Positions 47,639 through 57,532 of a stretch of 64,000 nt of DNA are shown here, in pieces. This DNA comes from Bacillota bacterium. GTDB taxonomy: Bacteria; Bacillota; Clostridia; Oscillospirales; Acutalibacteraceae. Position 1 is the first letter of the stretch; every line of letters begins with the position of its first letter. The notes under the pieces are model-generated. The model had not been told where the DNA came from. It saw only the letters and a list, made by a program, of their open reading frames with translations, and made no database searches. The DNA is taken from contig JAEYPT010000006.1 in NCBI GenBank assembly GCA_023410445.1, forward strand, positions 157,286 through 221,285, given 5' to 3'. The translations under genes were made by a program, and so were the position numbers.

Positions 47639-48868
47639 ATGATGAAGATAATACCGAAGCTGAAAAAAGCGGGAAGCGCGTTTCTTGCCGCTTTGCTGCT
47701 GCTCCTTTCCCTGTCGGTGCCGGCTCTGGCGATTTCTCCCATCAGCTCCAGTCCGTCCGTGGGCTCTATCACCATAAACATGTCCGGCACCGGTGCCGGT
47801 ACGGGTTCCTCGGGAATTAAATTTACGCTGTACAAGGTTGCCGATCTTACGGGCACGTCACCAATCTGGTACACACTTACCTCTAATTTTACGGCCTCCA
47901 AGCTGCAACTTGACAAGCTTTCCACTGCTTCCTCTTCTACCGTTGCGGCAACCGCTAAGAATCTTGCCGGCTATGTTTCGTCAAACAACGTGCCTGGGTT
48001 CCCCCTTCTTACCGATTCAAGCGGTTCCGTAAAGTTTTCCGGACTTTCTCTCGGGTATTATCTTGTTGTTCCCGACCAAAGCCCAAAAAGTCAAGCCAAC
48101 TTCTGCGACCCGTTCCTGTTCACCTTGCCAATGGCAAGTGCCGACGGGAGCAGCTGGATTTACGACATTATCGCAAACACGAAATGCGAAGATCAAGCCG
48201 GTGCGGTTATTCTGAAAAAGGTCAACAGCGCCGGTTCCCCCTTGTACAATGCAGTTTTCCGGCTGGATAAGAAAATCTATTTTACGGATTCTACCAGCGT
48301 GCCAACGGGGTATCAGACCTTCACCGACAGCGGCGGGAGTTACTTCTGGAACATTTCAGTCTCGGAGCTGACTACAAATTCCAACGGACAGCTTAGCGTG
48401 ACGGGAATGGCGTTCGGGGACTACCGTTTTGTTGAGACTACCCCGCCCAGTGGTTATGTTCTAGACTCCACTCCGCATGCGTTTACGATCTCTGCCGCCG
48501 GTACCGTATCGCTTGTAAACGGTTCTTATGTTCCGACCTCCGGCAGTGTGCAAACCGTTACGGTGATCAATTACCCACCCAATGACAGTTCTTCACCGCC
48601 GCACCATCATTCGAGTTCCACCCCAGACTCCTCCTCCTTCCCGCCGGATTCCTCCCCGAGCTCTGTGCCAACCTCATCCCTGCCGGACAATTCGATTCCA
48701 AAGGCTCCTCCTACGGAATCCATTCCGGATGAGAACGTTCCGAAATCGGGATTCGACCTTCCCAAAACAGGCGGAAGCATCGCTTACGGACTCTGTACTT
48801 ACGGCGGAATTTTCCTTGCGGTCTGCGGCGCATTAACGTTTATACTGTCTCGGAAAAAGAAAACATAA
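47639..48868 (+). CDS. Basal/ancillary pilin with Pro/Ser-rich linker and LPKTG sorting signal
   Basis: FTLYKVA, GYYLVV, WIYDIIANTK, YRFVETTPPSGY, LPKTG + TM + RKKK. Confidence 0.85.
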   Translation: MMKIIPKLKKAGSAFLAALLLLLSLSVPALAISPISSSPSVGSITINMSGTGAGTGSSGIKFTLYKVADLTGTSPIWYTLTSNFTASKLQLDKLSTASSSTVAATAKNLAGYVSSNNVPGFPLLTDSSGSVKFSGLSLGYYLVVPDQSPKSQANFCDPFLFTLPMASADGSSWIYDIIANTKCEDQAGAVILKKVNSAGSPLYNAVFRLDKKIYFTDSTSVPTGYQTFTDSGGSYFWNISVSELTTNSNGQLSVTGMAFGDYRFVETTPPSGYVLDSTPHAFTISAAGTVSLVNGSYVPTSGSVQTVTVINYPPNDSSSPPHHHSSSTPDSSSFPPDSSPSSVPTSSLPDNSIPKAPPTESIPDENVPKSGFDLPKTGGSIAYGLCTYGGIFLAVCGALTFILSRKKKT

Positions 48869-48881
48869 ATTGTAAAACAAC

Positions 48882-48930
48882 AAAGGACTTCCATCGGGAG
48901 GAAACTCTCCCCTATGGAAGTCCTTTTATT
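48882..48930. terminator. Bidirectional terminator
   Basis: AAAGGACTTCCAT...ATGGAAGTCCTTT between convergent operons. Confidence 0.8.
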
Positions 48931-48934
48931 TCTG

Positions 48935-51580
48935 TCAATCCTCGGCTTTTTTCGGCTCTATAACCCGCGCGGCGTTGAAGGATCGTTCGCTGAGTCGCGC
49001 CGTCACCCGGTGCGTAGCCAGAAATGCCGAAATCTCTCCCTGTGTCCGTTCCACCTGCTCATGAAATGCCCTTGCGGAAAGCCGAAGAGCGCCATGCCCC
49101 AGAATAATGAGCTGTTCCGCATTGTCGGAGGTTGCAACCGTAACGCGGTACTTTTTGCCGATCTCACGCGTGGTCTTTTCGATGTAGGCGTCCGCTGTTT
49201 CGGCTTCCTTGGTAAAGACCACATGGATATTATGGTAGCGAATCACTTCGCCGCTGTTATTGGGAACCCGGTAGGCATCGAACACAAGAATCACAGCGCA
49301 TTTGCGAAAACCCTGATAATTGCTGAGAAGGTCCATCAAAAGCTTTCGGGCGCTGCTCAGGCTTTCTTCAGCCGCCTGCCTGAGCTCGTCCCACGCAAAA
49401 ATAATGTTATAGCCGTCTACCAATAGATACTCCGGGCCTTGAACCGGCACGGATAGCTCCGTTTCAGGATCCGGCTCTGCCGGGTGCATCGGCTCTCGCT
49501 GGGGAAGCCGCGTACGAACCGGGCCGTAGGTCCGCTCAAAAATGGCTTCCATTTCCCGGTCCTGCTCCGGGGAACCGGCTACGTACCGATGCACTGCCTC
49601 CGGCTGCTTTTCCGCAGCCGGTTCCGGTTCGTTCCAGCGCAGCCCGCTTTCCACATGCATATGCTCCCGAACCTGATTCCAAGGAACCACAACACCCGAA
49701 CCGTGGGAGCAGAACACCGAATCCGCCGGATTTTCCGTATCCCGCTCGCTCTCATATCCAATAGACGACACAACCTCGTCGGAATTGTGACAAGGTTCGT
49801 ACCCCCGGAGTGTGCAGGAAAGTCTGCCCTTGCCCTTTGTGTAGGAAGTAACCTCCTGCGCGTAGCCCTGCATCTCGGAAACCGGTGCCGAACCGGTCAG
49901 CACCGTCTCTGTTCCAACTGTTTCCGGCTGAGCAACCTCCCCGGACATCCGCAGAAGGTCCGCCATAGCCCGCCCCACGCTTTCCGCCGGAATTTCCAGA
50001 CGGAACTCGTACCATGGCTCCAGAAGAATGCTTTTGGCACACATCAGGCCCTGGCGAACCGCGCGGTAGGTGGCTTGTCGGAAGTCGCCGCCTTCCGTGT
50101 GCTTTACGCTTGCGCGGCCGGCCACCAGCGTAATTTTCATGTCCGTTATGGGGGACCCGGTCAGAACGCCTGGATGCGTCCGCTCCTGAAGATGTGTTAG
50201 GATCAGCCGCTGCCAGCTGCGGTCCAGAATGTCCTCACTGCAAGCGGTATCGAACTGCAGCCCACTGCCCCGTTCCCCCGGTTCCAGTAAGAGGTGAACC
50301 TCCGCATAATGCCGGAGGGGTTCAAAATGGCCCACACCCTCGACCGGCTCCGCGATTGTTTCCTTGTAAAGAATGCTTCCCGCGCCGAACTCCACGGCCA
50401 GATCAAACCGTTCACGAATCAACTGCCGCAGCACCTCCAGCTGAACGCCGCCCATCAATTGAAGATGGATTTCACGCAAGCGCTCATTCCAGACGATATG
50501 GAGCTGGGGGTCCTCCTCCTCCAGCCTGCTCAGCTTCAAAAAGGCATCGTGCACGTCGCTCCCATCGGGCAGCAAGACTCGGTAGGTCAGCACCGGCTCC
50601 AGCAAAGGCGCCGCCGAGGCCGCTTCGGCCCCCAGCCCTTCCCCCGAAACAGTACGGCTCAGACCGGTCACCGCACAGACACTTCCGGCGGAGACTTCCC
50701 CTACCGCCTGATATTTCGCACCGGAATAGATGCGGATCTGGTCGATCTTCTCCTCCCAGACAGTCTCCTCCGCCAACTCGGATCGACGGTTGGTCAGCAG
50801 TGATTTCACCTTTAAATCGCCGCCCGTAACCTTCAGGTAGGTCAAACGGTTTCCCTGCGGATCATAGGCAATTTTATAAACCTTTGCTCCGAATTCGGCG
50901 CGGTATTCCGGGCTGCGGGTATACCTCGCAAGCCCCTGCAAAAAGCCGTCGACACCCTCCAGTTTCAGCGCTGAGCCAAAATAGCATGGGAACAGCCTGC
51001 GGTCTCCAATTAGCGAGGAAACCTCCTCATCCGTCACCTCGCCCCGGTCCAGATAGCGCGCCAGCACGGTTTCATCACAGAGGGCAACGCTTTCCTGAAA
51101 TGCCTCCGGGTCACCCCCGAATTCCACACAGCCACCGTCCATCCCTTTCAGCTTTTCCAGGAGCGCCGCGCGGTCCGCTCCGGGCAGGTCCATCTTATTC
51201 ACAAACAGGAACGTCGGCACCCGGTGCCGGGCCAACAGGTTCCAAAGGGTTCTGGTGTGGCTCTGAATCCCGTCGGTTCCGCTGACGACAAGGACGGCGT
51301 AATCCAATACCTGAAGCGTGCGTTCCATTTCGCTGGAGAAATCCACATGGCCCGGCGTATCCATCAGGATCAGCTCCGCGTCTTCCATCGACAGCACCGC
51401 CTGCTTGGAAAAGATGGTGATTCCCCGCTCCTTCTCCAGCGCGTCGGTATCCAGGAACGAATCCCGATGATCGACCCGCCCCAGCTTTTTCAGGATGCCG
51501 CTCCGGTAAAGCATCGCCTCCGAAAGCGTTGTTTTGCCTGCATCCACATGAGCCAGCAGCCCCACGACCAGCCGCTTCAT
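48935..51580 (-). CDS. TetM/EF-G-like translational GTPase fused to a C-terminal YacP/Rae1-type NYN nuclease
   Basis: AHVDAGKTT, ERGITI, DTPGH, NKMD, domains II-V; then LLVDGYNII, VFDA, ETADAYIE, VATSD. Confidence 0.88.
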   Translation of the reverse strand: MKRLVVGLLAHVDAGKTTLSEAMLYRSGILKKLGRVDHRDSFLDTDALEKERGITIFSKQAVLSMEDAELILMDTPGHVDFSSEMERTLQVLDYAVLVVSGTDGIQSHTRTLWNLLARHRVPTFLFVNKMDLPGADRAALLEKLKGMDGGCVEFGGDPEAFQESVALCDETVLARYLDRGEVTDEEVSSLIGDRRLFPCYFGSALKLEGVDGFLQGLARYTRSPEYRAEFGAKVYKIAYDPQGNRLTYLKVTGGDLKVKSLLTNRRSELAEETVWEEKIDQIRIYSGAKYQAVGEVSAGSVCAVTGLSRTVSGEGLGAEAASAAPLLEPVLTYRVLLPDGSDVHDAFLKLSRLEEEDPQLHIVWNERLREIHLQLMGGVQLEVLRQLIRERFDLAVEFGAGSILYKETIAEPVEGVGHFEPLRHYAEVHLLLEPGERGSGLQFDTACSEDILDRSWQRLILTHLQERTHPGVLTGSPITDMKITLVAGRASVKHTEGGDFRQATYRAVRQGLMCAKSILLEPWYEFRLEIPAESVGRAMADLLRMSGEVAQPETVGTETVLTGSAPVSEMQGYAQEVTSYTKGKGRLSCTLRGYEPCHNSDEVVSSIGYESERDTENPADSVFCSHGSGVVVPWNQVREHMHVESGLRWNEPEPAAEKQPEAVHRYVAGSPEQDREMEAIFERTYGPVRTRLPQREPMHPAEPDPETELSVPVQGPEYLLVDGYNIIFAWDELRQAAEESLSSARKLLMDLLSNYQGFRKCAVILVFDAYRVPNNSGEVIRYHNIHVVFTKEAETADAYIEKTTREIGKKYRVTVATSDNAEQLIILGHGALRLSARAFHEQVERTQGEISAFLATHRVTARLSERSFNAARVIEPKKAED

Positions 51581-52545
51581 GCGTCACGCTCCGCTTTCTT
51601 CTTCCCACGGCAGCTTTCCAGCCAATCACGGAATTCCTCCGGGCTTTTCCGACCCGCCATATAGTCCTTTTTCCACTCCTTCGATTCCTCACGGAACCGC
51701 TTGAGGTCCTCGGCGTAAACCTTGTTTTCGGGGTTCCGTTTTACCAGCATCTGCTTTGCGCTCGCGATATTCCGGCAGAGCTTTAACTCTTCGTTGCTCT
51801 TCAGCCGGTCATACCATAAATGCTCCGAATTATACTGGCGGCAGGTCCGGGTAGGGTCCTGCGGACTTTTTTCTTCGCAGTACAGGGTATCGGAACGATT
51901 CCGGGGAACAAAATACCGTCCGCAGTTCCCGCATTTTTTAATCTGCACCTCATGCCTGGCCATCTCAAAGAGGCAGCACCGGATCAGGTCCTCAATGGAG
52001 TGCAGGTAATAGCTGAATTCCACGGCCTCGCCGCGCGCCGGAACGCGATAGTCCGCGCACGCCGATTCAAACAGCCTTTGGAGCTGTTCCCGGCTCGGCT
52101 TCGCCGGAATTGCCGGTTCCTTCGAGAAAGAACCCAGCAGGGCAAGCTGCGCCGAAAAGCGCATATCGCCAAAAAAATACCCATAATAGAAAAGGCGTTG
52201 AGAAATCGGGCAGGCATCGCCGCTTTCCTTTCGAAGGAAAACCAAATCTGCCAGCTCACCCAGATACTGCGATTTCAACGTCTGAAATTTCTTCCGGATC
52301 TTCTCCAGCCGGTCCATACAGAAAAACAACCGGGTCTTTTCCTGTTTCTGTTCTGCGGCGCGGTAGTATTTTTCATACTTTGCAATCATTGGGTCAATGG
52401 AAGCACTGTAATCATCATTCAGTACACAGCAGATGAGCTCACCAAGTTCGGCACTGAATTCCAGCTCCACATCTTCATCCTTTACCAGTGCGGAAAACAG
52501 ACACACGCCGTCCGCTTGTGGGACCACGCCGGAAAATATGTCCAT
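51577..52545 (-). CDS. Zinc-finger protein (DUF6076-like)
   Basis: CGNCGRYF...LYC...TC motif; its stop overlaps the GTPase start (ATGA). Confidence 0.6.
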   Translation of the reverse strand: MDIFSGVVPQADGVCLFSALVKDEDVELEFSAELGELICCVLNDDYSASIDPMIAKYEKYYRAAEQKQEKTRLFFCMDRLEKIRKKFQTLKSQYLGELADLVFLRKESGDACPISQRLFYYGYFFGDMRFSAQLALLGSFSKEPAIPAKPSREQLQRLFESACADYRVPARGEAVEFSYYLHSIEDLIRCCLFEMARHEVQIKKCGNCGRYFVPRNRSDTLYCEEKSPQDPTRTCRQYNSEHLWYDRLKSNEELKLCRNIASAKQMLVKRNPENKVYAEDLKRFREESKEWKKDYMAGRKSPEEFRDWLESCRGKKKAERDA

Positions 52546-52925
52546 CTCAAGCCCTCCAATGTTGTATGCAAACTATTGTATATTAACAGTCAACTATTTC
52601 ATTGAAAATTTTCTGGAATTCTCTGCTGTCATACCCTGTTTTGAACGCATTCAGTCTATACTTCTATCCTATCAGTTCCCAGGAAAATGTCAATCCGTAT
52701 TCTTCCCGATAGCAACAATATTGATTAACTGATAACATTTTCATTGCCCAATTTTTTTCTTCCACAGTATTGTCCATAATACTTTGCCCGTTCTGATGGT
52801 TCCCGATCTAGCGGGGAAAGCGCGTTTGAGCGATTGTCAACCATTCTAAATTCGAGTCAATTCATTGCTTTTAATTGCAAAATCAATAGCATACAACATT
52901 ATTACGGTCAGGCAGCGGCAAAACA

Positions 52926-52957
52926 AGAGCGTTCCGTTCGTCTAAACGGAACGCTCT
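52926..52957 (-). terminator. Hairpin downstream of tetR
   Basis: AGAGCGTTCCGTT / AACGGAACGCTCT, with TGTTTT on the minus strand. Confidence 0.7.
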
Positions 52958-52961
52958 CTAC

Positions 52962-53681
52962 TTATCTTCTTCGGTGTCTTAAGGTTCCTTCGGTTTCCGA
53001 TCTTCGTTGTTCATCTTCCGGAGGCATGCTGTCTACGGCAGGGTGGCACTCTTTGAAGATTTTTGTAAAAATCCGCAGTCCGTCTTCCGAAGCGACTCGT
53101 TTCTCATCTTCTACATCTAGTAAATTTTCCAACAGAAACCGTGCGATCTTTTTTGCTTCGAACTCTTCCTCAAAGATTGCCCACATCAGGCCACAGGAAT
53201 AAAGCACCTGCTGGATCAGAATCGCCAGAACATGCGGGTCGGAGCGATTGCGGAACTGGCCGCACTCCTGCCCCTTTTTTATAATGCTGACTTCCAGCTT
53301 AAACATGTCCTTGGTTTCTTCCTTCACGCGGAACGTACCAACATCCGACGTCAGGTTTTTAATCAGGATCTGGCGGAATATCGGGGCACCGATCTCACTG
53401 TAGTGGTCCAGAAACTTGCTGACAATCAGCCAGACCTGTTCGATATAGTTGTCCGTTGTGAGAATCTCGGTTGTTTCGGCCGCCGTAAGATTCCATGGAA
53501 CATTGTAATACCGCTTCAGGAGTTCGTCCTTGGAAGCGAAATAGTAATAAAAGGTATGCTTGTTGATTCCGCAAGCCCGGCATATATCGTGCAGTGTCAC
53601 CTGCTCAAACGAGCGCTCCTGAAACAGGCGCGTCGCAGTTTCCCGTATCATTCGCTTCGTCTCGTTGTCTCTTCCTTCCAA
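52962..53681 (-). CDS. TetR/AcrR-family regulator
   Basis: ATRLFQERSFEQVTLHDICRACGINKHTFYYYFASKDELL; TTG 53681 follows AAGGGGAG. Confidence 0.88.
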   Translation of the reverse strand: MEGRDNETKRMIRETATRLFQERSFEQVTLHDICRACGINKHTFYYYFASKDELLKRYYNVPWNLTAAETTEILTTDNYIEQVWLIVSKFLDHYSEIGAPIFRQILIKNLTSDVGTFRVKEETKDMFKLEVSIIKKGQECGQFRNRSDPHVLAILIQQVLYSCGLMWAIFEEEFEAKKIARFLLENLLDVEDEKRVASEDGLRIFTKIFKECHPAVDSMPPEDEQRRSETEGTLRHRRR

Positions 53682-53870
53682 GTTGCGTTCGCTCCCCTTC
53701 GATCTTTCTTTTGTATAATATATTAACAGACAAGGAATAAAAAATGCAACTGGTATAGTAACCAAATTTTAAGTTTTGCAACACGTTTTCTATAATTATT
53801 ATACCTGTTGATATTTTTATGATACCGTGGTACTATATTTTCAAATTTGAGTTTAGGGGGCGACTGCTTC

Positions 53871-55601
53871 GTGACAAGGCTGACCAAATACTTTACTCCC
53901 TACACCGCACCAATCCTGTTTGCCGTTGCGCTGCTGTTCGGTCAGGCCTACTGTGACCTTTCTCTTCCGGATTATATGTCGGATATCATCAACAAGGGAA
54001 TCGCCACAGGCAGCACGAATGAAATTTTTCAGATCGGCACGAAAATGTTGATTGTCGCGCTTCTCAGCGCGCTTTGCAGCGTGGCGGTCAGTTTGATTGC
54101 CGCGCGTGTAGCGGCCGGAATGTGCCGGACGCTGCGTCTCGACCTGTTCCAGAAGGCGGAGGCTTTTTCGAATGCCGAGTTCGACCGGTTTTCCACCTCC
54201 TCGCTGATTACCCGCACCACCAACGACATTACGCAGGTGCAAACGCTGGTGGTCATGCTGATCCGCATGGTGCTGTACGCTCCGATTCTGGGTGCGGGCG
54301 GCATTCTGCGGGCGCTTTCCAAGAGCAAGTCCATGTCGTGGATCATCGCGCTCGCGGTTATCTGCCTGCTTTGCCTGGTACTTTTCATCTTTATTGTGGC
54401 ACTTCCCAAATTCCGTCTGGTGCAGAAGCTGATCGACCGGCTGAATCTGGTTGTGCGCGAAAATCTGGAGGGCATGCTGGTTATCCGTGCTTTCAGCACG
54501 CAGAAGTTTGAGGAAAAGCGCTTCGACGTTGCCAATCAGGACCTGACGGACACCAACCTTACCATCAATCTGGTCACGGCAACGATGATGCCTACTATGA
54601 TGCTCATCATGAACCTGATTACCGTGCTGATTGTCTGGGTCGGCTCGTGGCAGGTTTCAGGGCTGCATCTTCAGGTGGGCGATATGTTGGCCTACATGCA
54701 GTATGTCATGCAGATTATCTTTGCCTTCCTGATGATGGCCATGATGTTTATTCTGGTACCGCGCGCCTCGGTTTCCGCCGGACGCATCGCCGACGTTCTC
54801 GAGGCGGAACCGAGCGTTCAAAGCCCCAAGGCTCCGGTTTCTCCGGTTGTCTCCCACGGGATCGTGCGCTATGAGCATGTTTCGTTCCGCTACCCGGGCG
54901 CCGAGGAAGACGTTCTGCACGATATCGATTTCACCGCGTCGCCCGGCCAGACGACCGCCTTCATCGGTTCGACCGGCTCCGGAAAATCCACGGTTGTGAA
55001 CCTGCTCCCCCGCTTCTACGACCCAACGGAGGGACGCGTTACGCTGGACGGAGTTGACATCCGGGAGATGGACCTCCACGATCTGCGGCGCCGGATCGGC
55101 TATGTACCACAGAAGGGAATTCTGTTTTCCGGCACGATCGAAAGCAACCTTTCTTACGCGGACCCGGACACCGTCACACAGGAGGAAATCCACGAGGCCG
55201 CGCAGATTGCGCAGGCCATGGAGTTTATCTCCGCCAAACCGGAGGGCTTCGGCTCTGAAATTGCTCAGGGCGGTTCAAATGTTTCCGGCGGCCAAAAGCA
55301 GCGCCTTTCTATTGCGCGGGCACTGGTGAAAAAGCCGCAGATCCTCATTTTTGACGACAGCTTTTCCGCCCTTGACTTCAAAACCGACGCGAAGCTGCGC
55401 GCGGCGCTGCACGAGCGGACCGGGCAGTCAACCACGCTTCTTGTCGCACAGCGCATTTCCAGCATTATGTACGCAGATCAGATCATCGTGCTGAACAATG
55501 GACGCATCGTCGGCAGGGGGACACATCAGGAGCTGATGAAAGACTGCGAGGTCTACCGCGAGATTGCGCTGTCTCAGCTCAGCAAGGAGGAACTTGCATG
55601 A
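53871..55601 (+). CDS. ABC exporter half-transporter (degenerate NBD partner)
   Basis: TM domain, GSTGSGKS, VSGGQKQR, FDDSFSALD, VAQR (degenerate site). Confidence 0.92.
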   Translation: MTRLTKYFTPYTAPILFAVALLFGQAYCDLSLPDYMSDIINKGIATGSTNEIFQIGTKMLIVALLSALCSVAVSLIAARVAAGMCRTLRLDLFQKAEAFSNAEFDRFSTSSLITRTTNDITQVQTLVVMLIRMVLYAPILGAGGILRALSKSKSMSWIIALAVICLLCLVLFIFIVALPKFRLVQKLIDRLNLVVRENLEGMLVIRAFSTQKFEEKRFDVANQDLTDTNLTINLVTATMMPTMMLIMNLITVLIVWVGSWQVSGLHLQVGDMLAYMQYVMQIIFAFLMMAMMFILVPRASVSAGRIADVLEAEPSVQSPKAPVSPVVSHGIVRYEHVSFRYPGAEEDVLHDIDFTASPGQTTAFIGSTGSGKSTVVNLLPRFYDPTEGRVTLDGVDIREMDLHDLRRRIGYVPQKGILFSGTIESNLSYADPDTVTQEEIHEAAQIAQAMEFISAKPEGFGSEIAQGGSNVSGGQKQRLSIARALVKKPQILIFDDSFSALDFKTDAKLRAALHERTGQSTTLLVAQRISSIMYADQIIVLNNGRIVGRGTHQELMKDCEVYREIALSQLSKEELA

Positions 55602-57478
55602 GTGAACCGAACAAGAGCGCGCCCCCGCGCCGCGCAGGAGGCTTCGGCGGGGGCCATATGGGCGGCGGAGCCGCTATGCCGGGCGAAAAGGCAAAAGATT
55701 TTCGCCAGACCATGATGAAGCTGCTTCACTACATGAGCGACTTTCATGTTCCGCTGATTATTGTACTCGTCTTTGCGGCAGCATCGTCGGCGTTCTCCAT
55801 CCTCGGGCCGAAGATTCTCGGCAAGGTAACCACCAAACTGTTCGAAGGGCTGATGGCCTACGGGCTGGGGACGGGCCTGCTGACGGATTTCGGATACATC
55901 CGGCACTACATCATCCTGCTGGTTGTGCTCTACCTGCTCTCCGCGCTGCTTTCCTACGTTCAGAGCTTCATCATGTCTCGCATCTCGATGAAAATGACCT
56001 ATCGGCTGCGCCGGGATATCATGGAAAAGATCAACCGGATGCCGCTTCGCTATTTTGATTCCCACACGCACGGCGAAACCCTTTCGCTGGTGACAAACGA
56101 CATCGACACCATTTCCCAGACGCTTAACCAGTCCCTGACCCAGTTGATTACCTCGGTTGCAACGATCGTCGGCGTGCTTATCATGATGCTTTCCATCTCC
56201 TGGATCATGACGTTGGCGAGTTTCCTGATTCTTCCGCTCTCGGCGTTCCTGCTCTCCGTGATTATCAAGCCGGCGCAGAAGCAGTTCCGGCAGCAGCAGG
56301 AGTACCTCGGCCACATCAACGGGCAGGTTGAAGAAAACTACTCCGGGCACAACGTCGTTCAGGCGTTCAACGGCGAAGAAAAAGCCGTGGAAACCTTCAA
56401 AAAAAATAACGAAAAGCTGTACGAATCGGCCTGGACCTCGCAGTTTTTAACCGGCATGATGATGCCGGTAATGACCTTCGTCGGCAACATCGGCTATGTG
56501 ATGGTGTGCAGCCTTGGCGGATACCTCGCAGTAAAAAAGGCCATCGCCGTCGGCGACGTGCAGGCATTCATCCAATACGTGCGCTCGTTTACCCAGCCGA
56601 TTGCTCAGGTTGCAAATATTATGAACACGCTTCAGTCCACCGCGGCCGCCGCGGAGCGAGTGTTCGAATTTCTGGATGAGGGTGAGGAAACGCCGGAAAC
56701 TCTCACGCCCGTTTCGCCCGATGCAGTCCTCGGGGATGTTTCGTTTGACCACGTCCATTTCGGCTATACGGAAGACAAGATTATCATTAAAGATTTCTCC
56801 TGCGACGTTCAGGCCGGGCAGTCGATCGCCATCGTCGGGCCGACCGGCGCCGGAAAATCGACGATTATCAAGCTTCTGATGCGCTTTTACGATATTAATA
56901 GCGGCGATATTCTTATCGACGGCCACTCCATTCAGGATTACACCCGGAACGGCCTGCGCAGCATCTTCGGCATGGTGCTGCAGGACACCTGGCTGTACCA
57001 CGAAAGCATTCTGGAAAATATCCGCTACGGTTCCTTCGGGAAAAGCGACGCTGAGGTGATCGCCGCCGCAAAGGCTGCTCACTGTGACGAGTTCATCCGC
57101 GCGCTGCCGGACGGCTACAAGATGATTCTGAACGAAGACGCTTCCAACATCTCGCAGGGTCAAAAGCAGCTTCTGACGATTGCGCGTACGATTCTTTCCG
57201 ACCCGAAAATTCTCATTCTCGACGAAGCGACCAGTTCCGTCGACACACGCACCGAAGTCATGATCCAGAAGGCGATGGACGCCCTGATGAAAAACCGCAC
57301 CAGCTTTGTCATCGCGCACCGCCTTTCCACCATCCGCAACGCCGATCTGATTCTGGTTATGAAGGACGGCGACATCATTGAACAGGGGAACCACGAAGAC
57401 CTGCTCCGCCGGGGTGGTTTCTATGCCGGTCTCTACCAGTCCCAGTTTGAAAACGGAGACGTGGAGGAAACGGGATAA
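55598..57478 (+). CDS. ABC exporter half-transporter (consensus partner)
   Basis: GPTGAGKS, ISQGQKQL, LDEATSSVD, IAHRL. Confidence 0.92.
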   Translation: MSEPNKSAPPRRAGGFGGGHMGGGAAMPGEKAKDFRQTMMKLLHYMSDFHVPLIIVLVFAAASSAFSILGPKILGKVTTKLFEGLMAYGLGTGLLTDFGYIRHYIILLVVLYLLSALLSYVQSFIMSRISMKMTYRLRRDIMEKINRMPLRYFDSHTHGETLSLVTNDIDTISQTLNQSLTQLITSVATIVGVLIMMLSISWIMTLASFLILPLSAFLLSVIIKPAQKQFRQQQEYLGHINGQVEENYSGHNVVQAFNGEEKAVETFKKNNEKLYESAWTSQFLTGMMMPVMTFVGNIGYVMVCSLGGYLAVKKAIAVGDVQAFIQYVRSFTQPIAQVANIMNTLQSTAAAAERVFEFLDEGEETPETLTPVSPDAVLGDVSFDHVHFGYTEDKIIIKDFSCDVQAGQSIAIVGPTGAGKSTIIKLLMRFYDINSGDILIDGHSIQDYTRNGLRSIFGMVLQDTWLYHESILENIRYGSFGKSDAEVIAAAKAAHCDEFIRALPDGYKMILNEDASNISQGQKQLLTIARTILSDPKILILDEATSSVDTRTEVMIQKAMDALMKNRTSFVIAHRLSTIRNADLILVMKDGDIIEQGNHEDLLRRGGFYAGLYQSQFENGDVEETG

Positions 57479-57532
57479 ACCGTCTTTCCCCGTCCTGAAA
57501 ATACTAATCCAGAGAAAGTGAGGCTCTCTGCC

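Noticed and set aside
48935..51580. Calling this tetM/tetW/tetO, an acquired tetracycline resistance gene
   Set aside because: It lacks the YSPVST loop, carries an extra NYN domain, and has no mobile element or leader peptide context.
52546..52925. Small gene or ncRNA in the AT-rich gap (including ORFs 52433..52732 and 52834..53202)
   Set aside because: No convincing RBS, motif or structure; it is probably promoter and terminator sequence.
53740..53845. TetR operator in the tetR-ABC intergenic region
   Set aside because: Only short imperfect palindromes (TGGTATAGTAACCA, ATACCGTGGTAC) are present, too weak to call.
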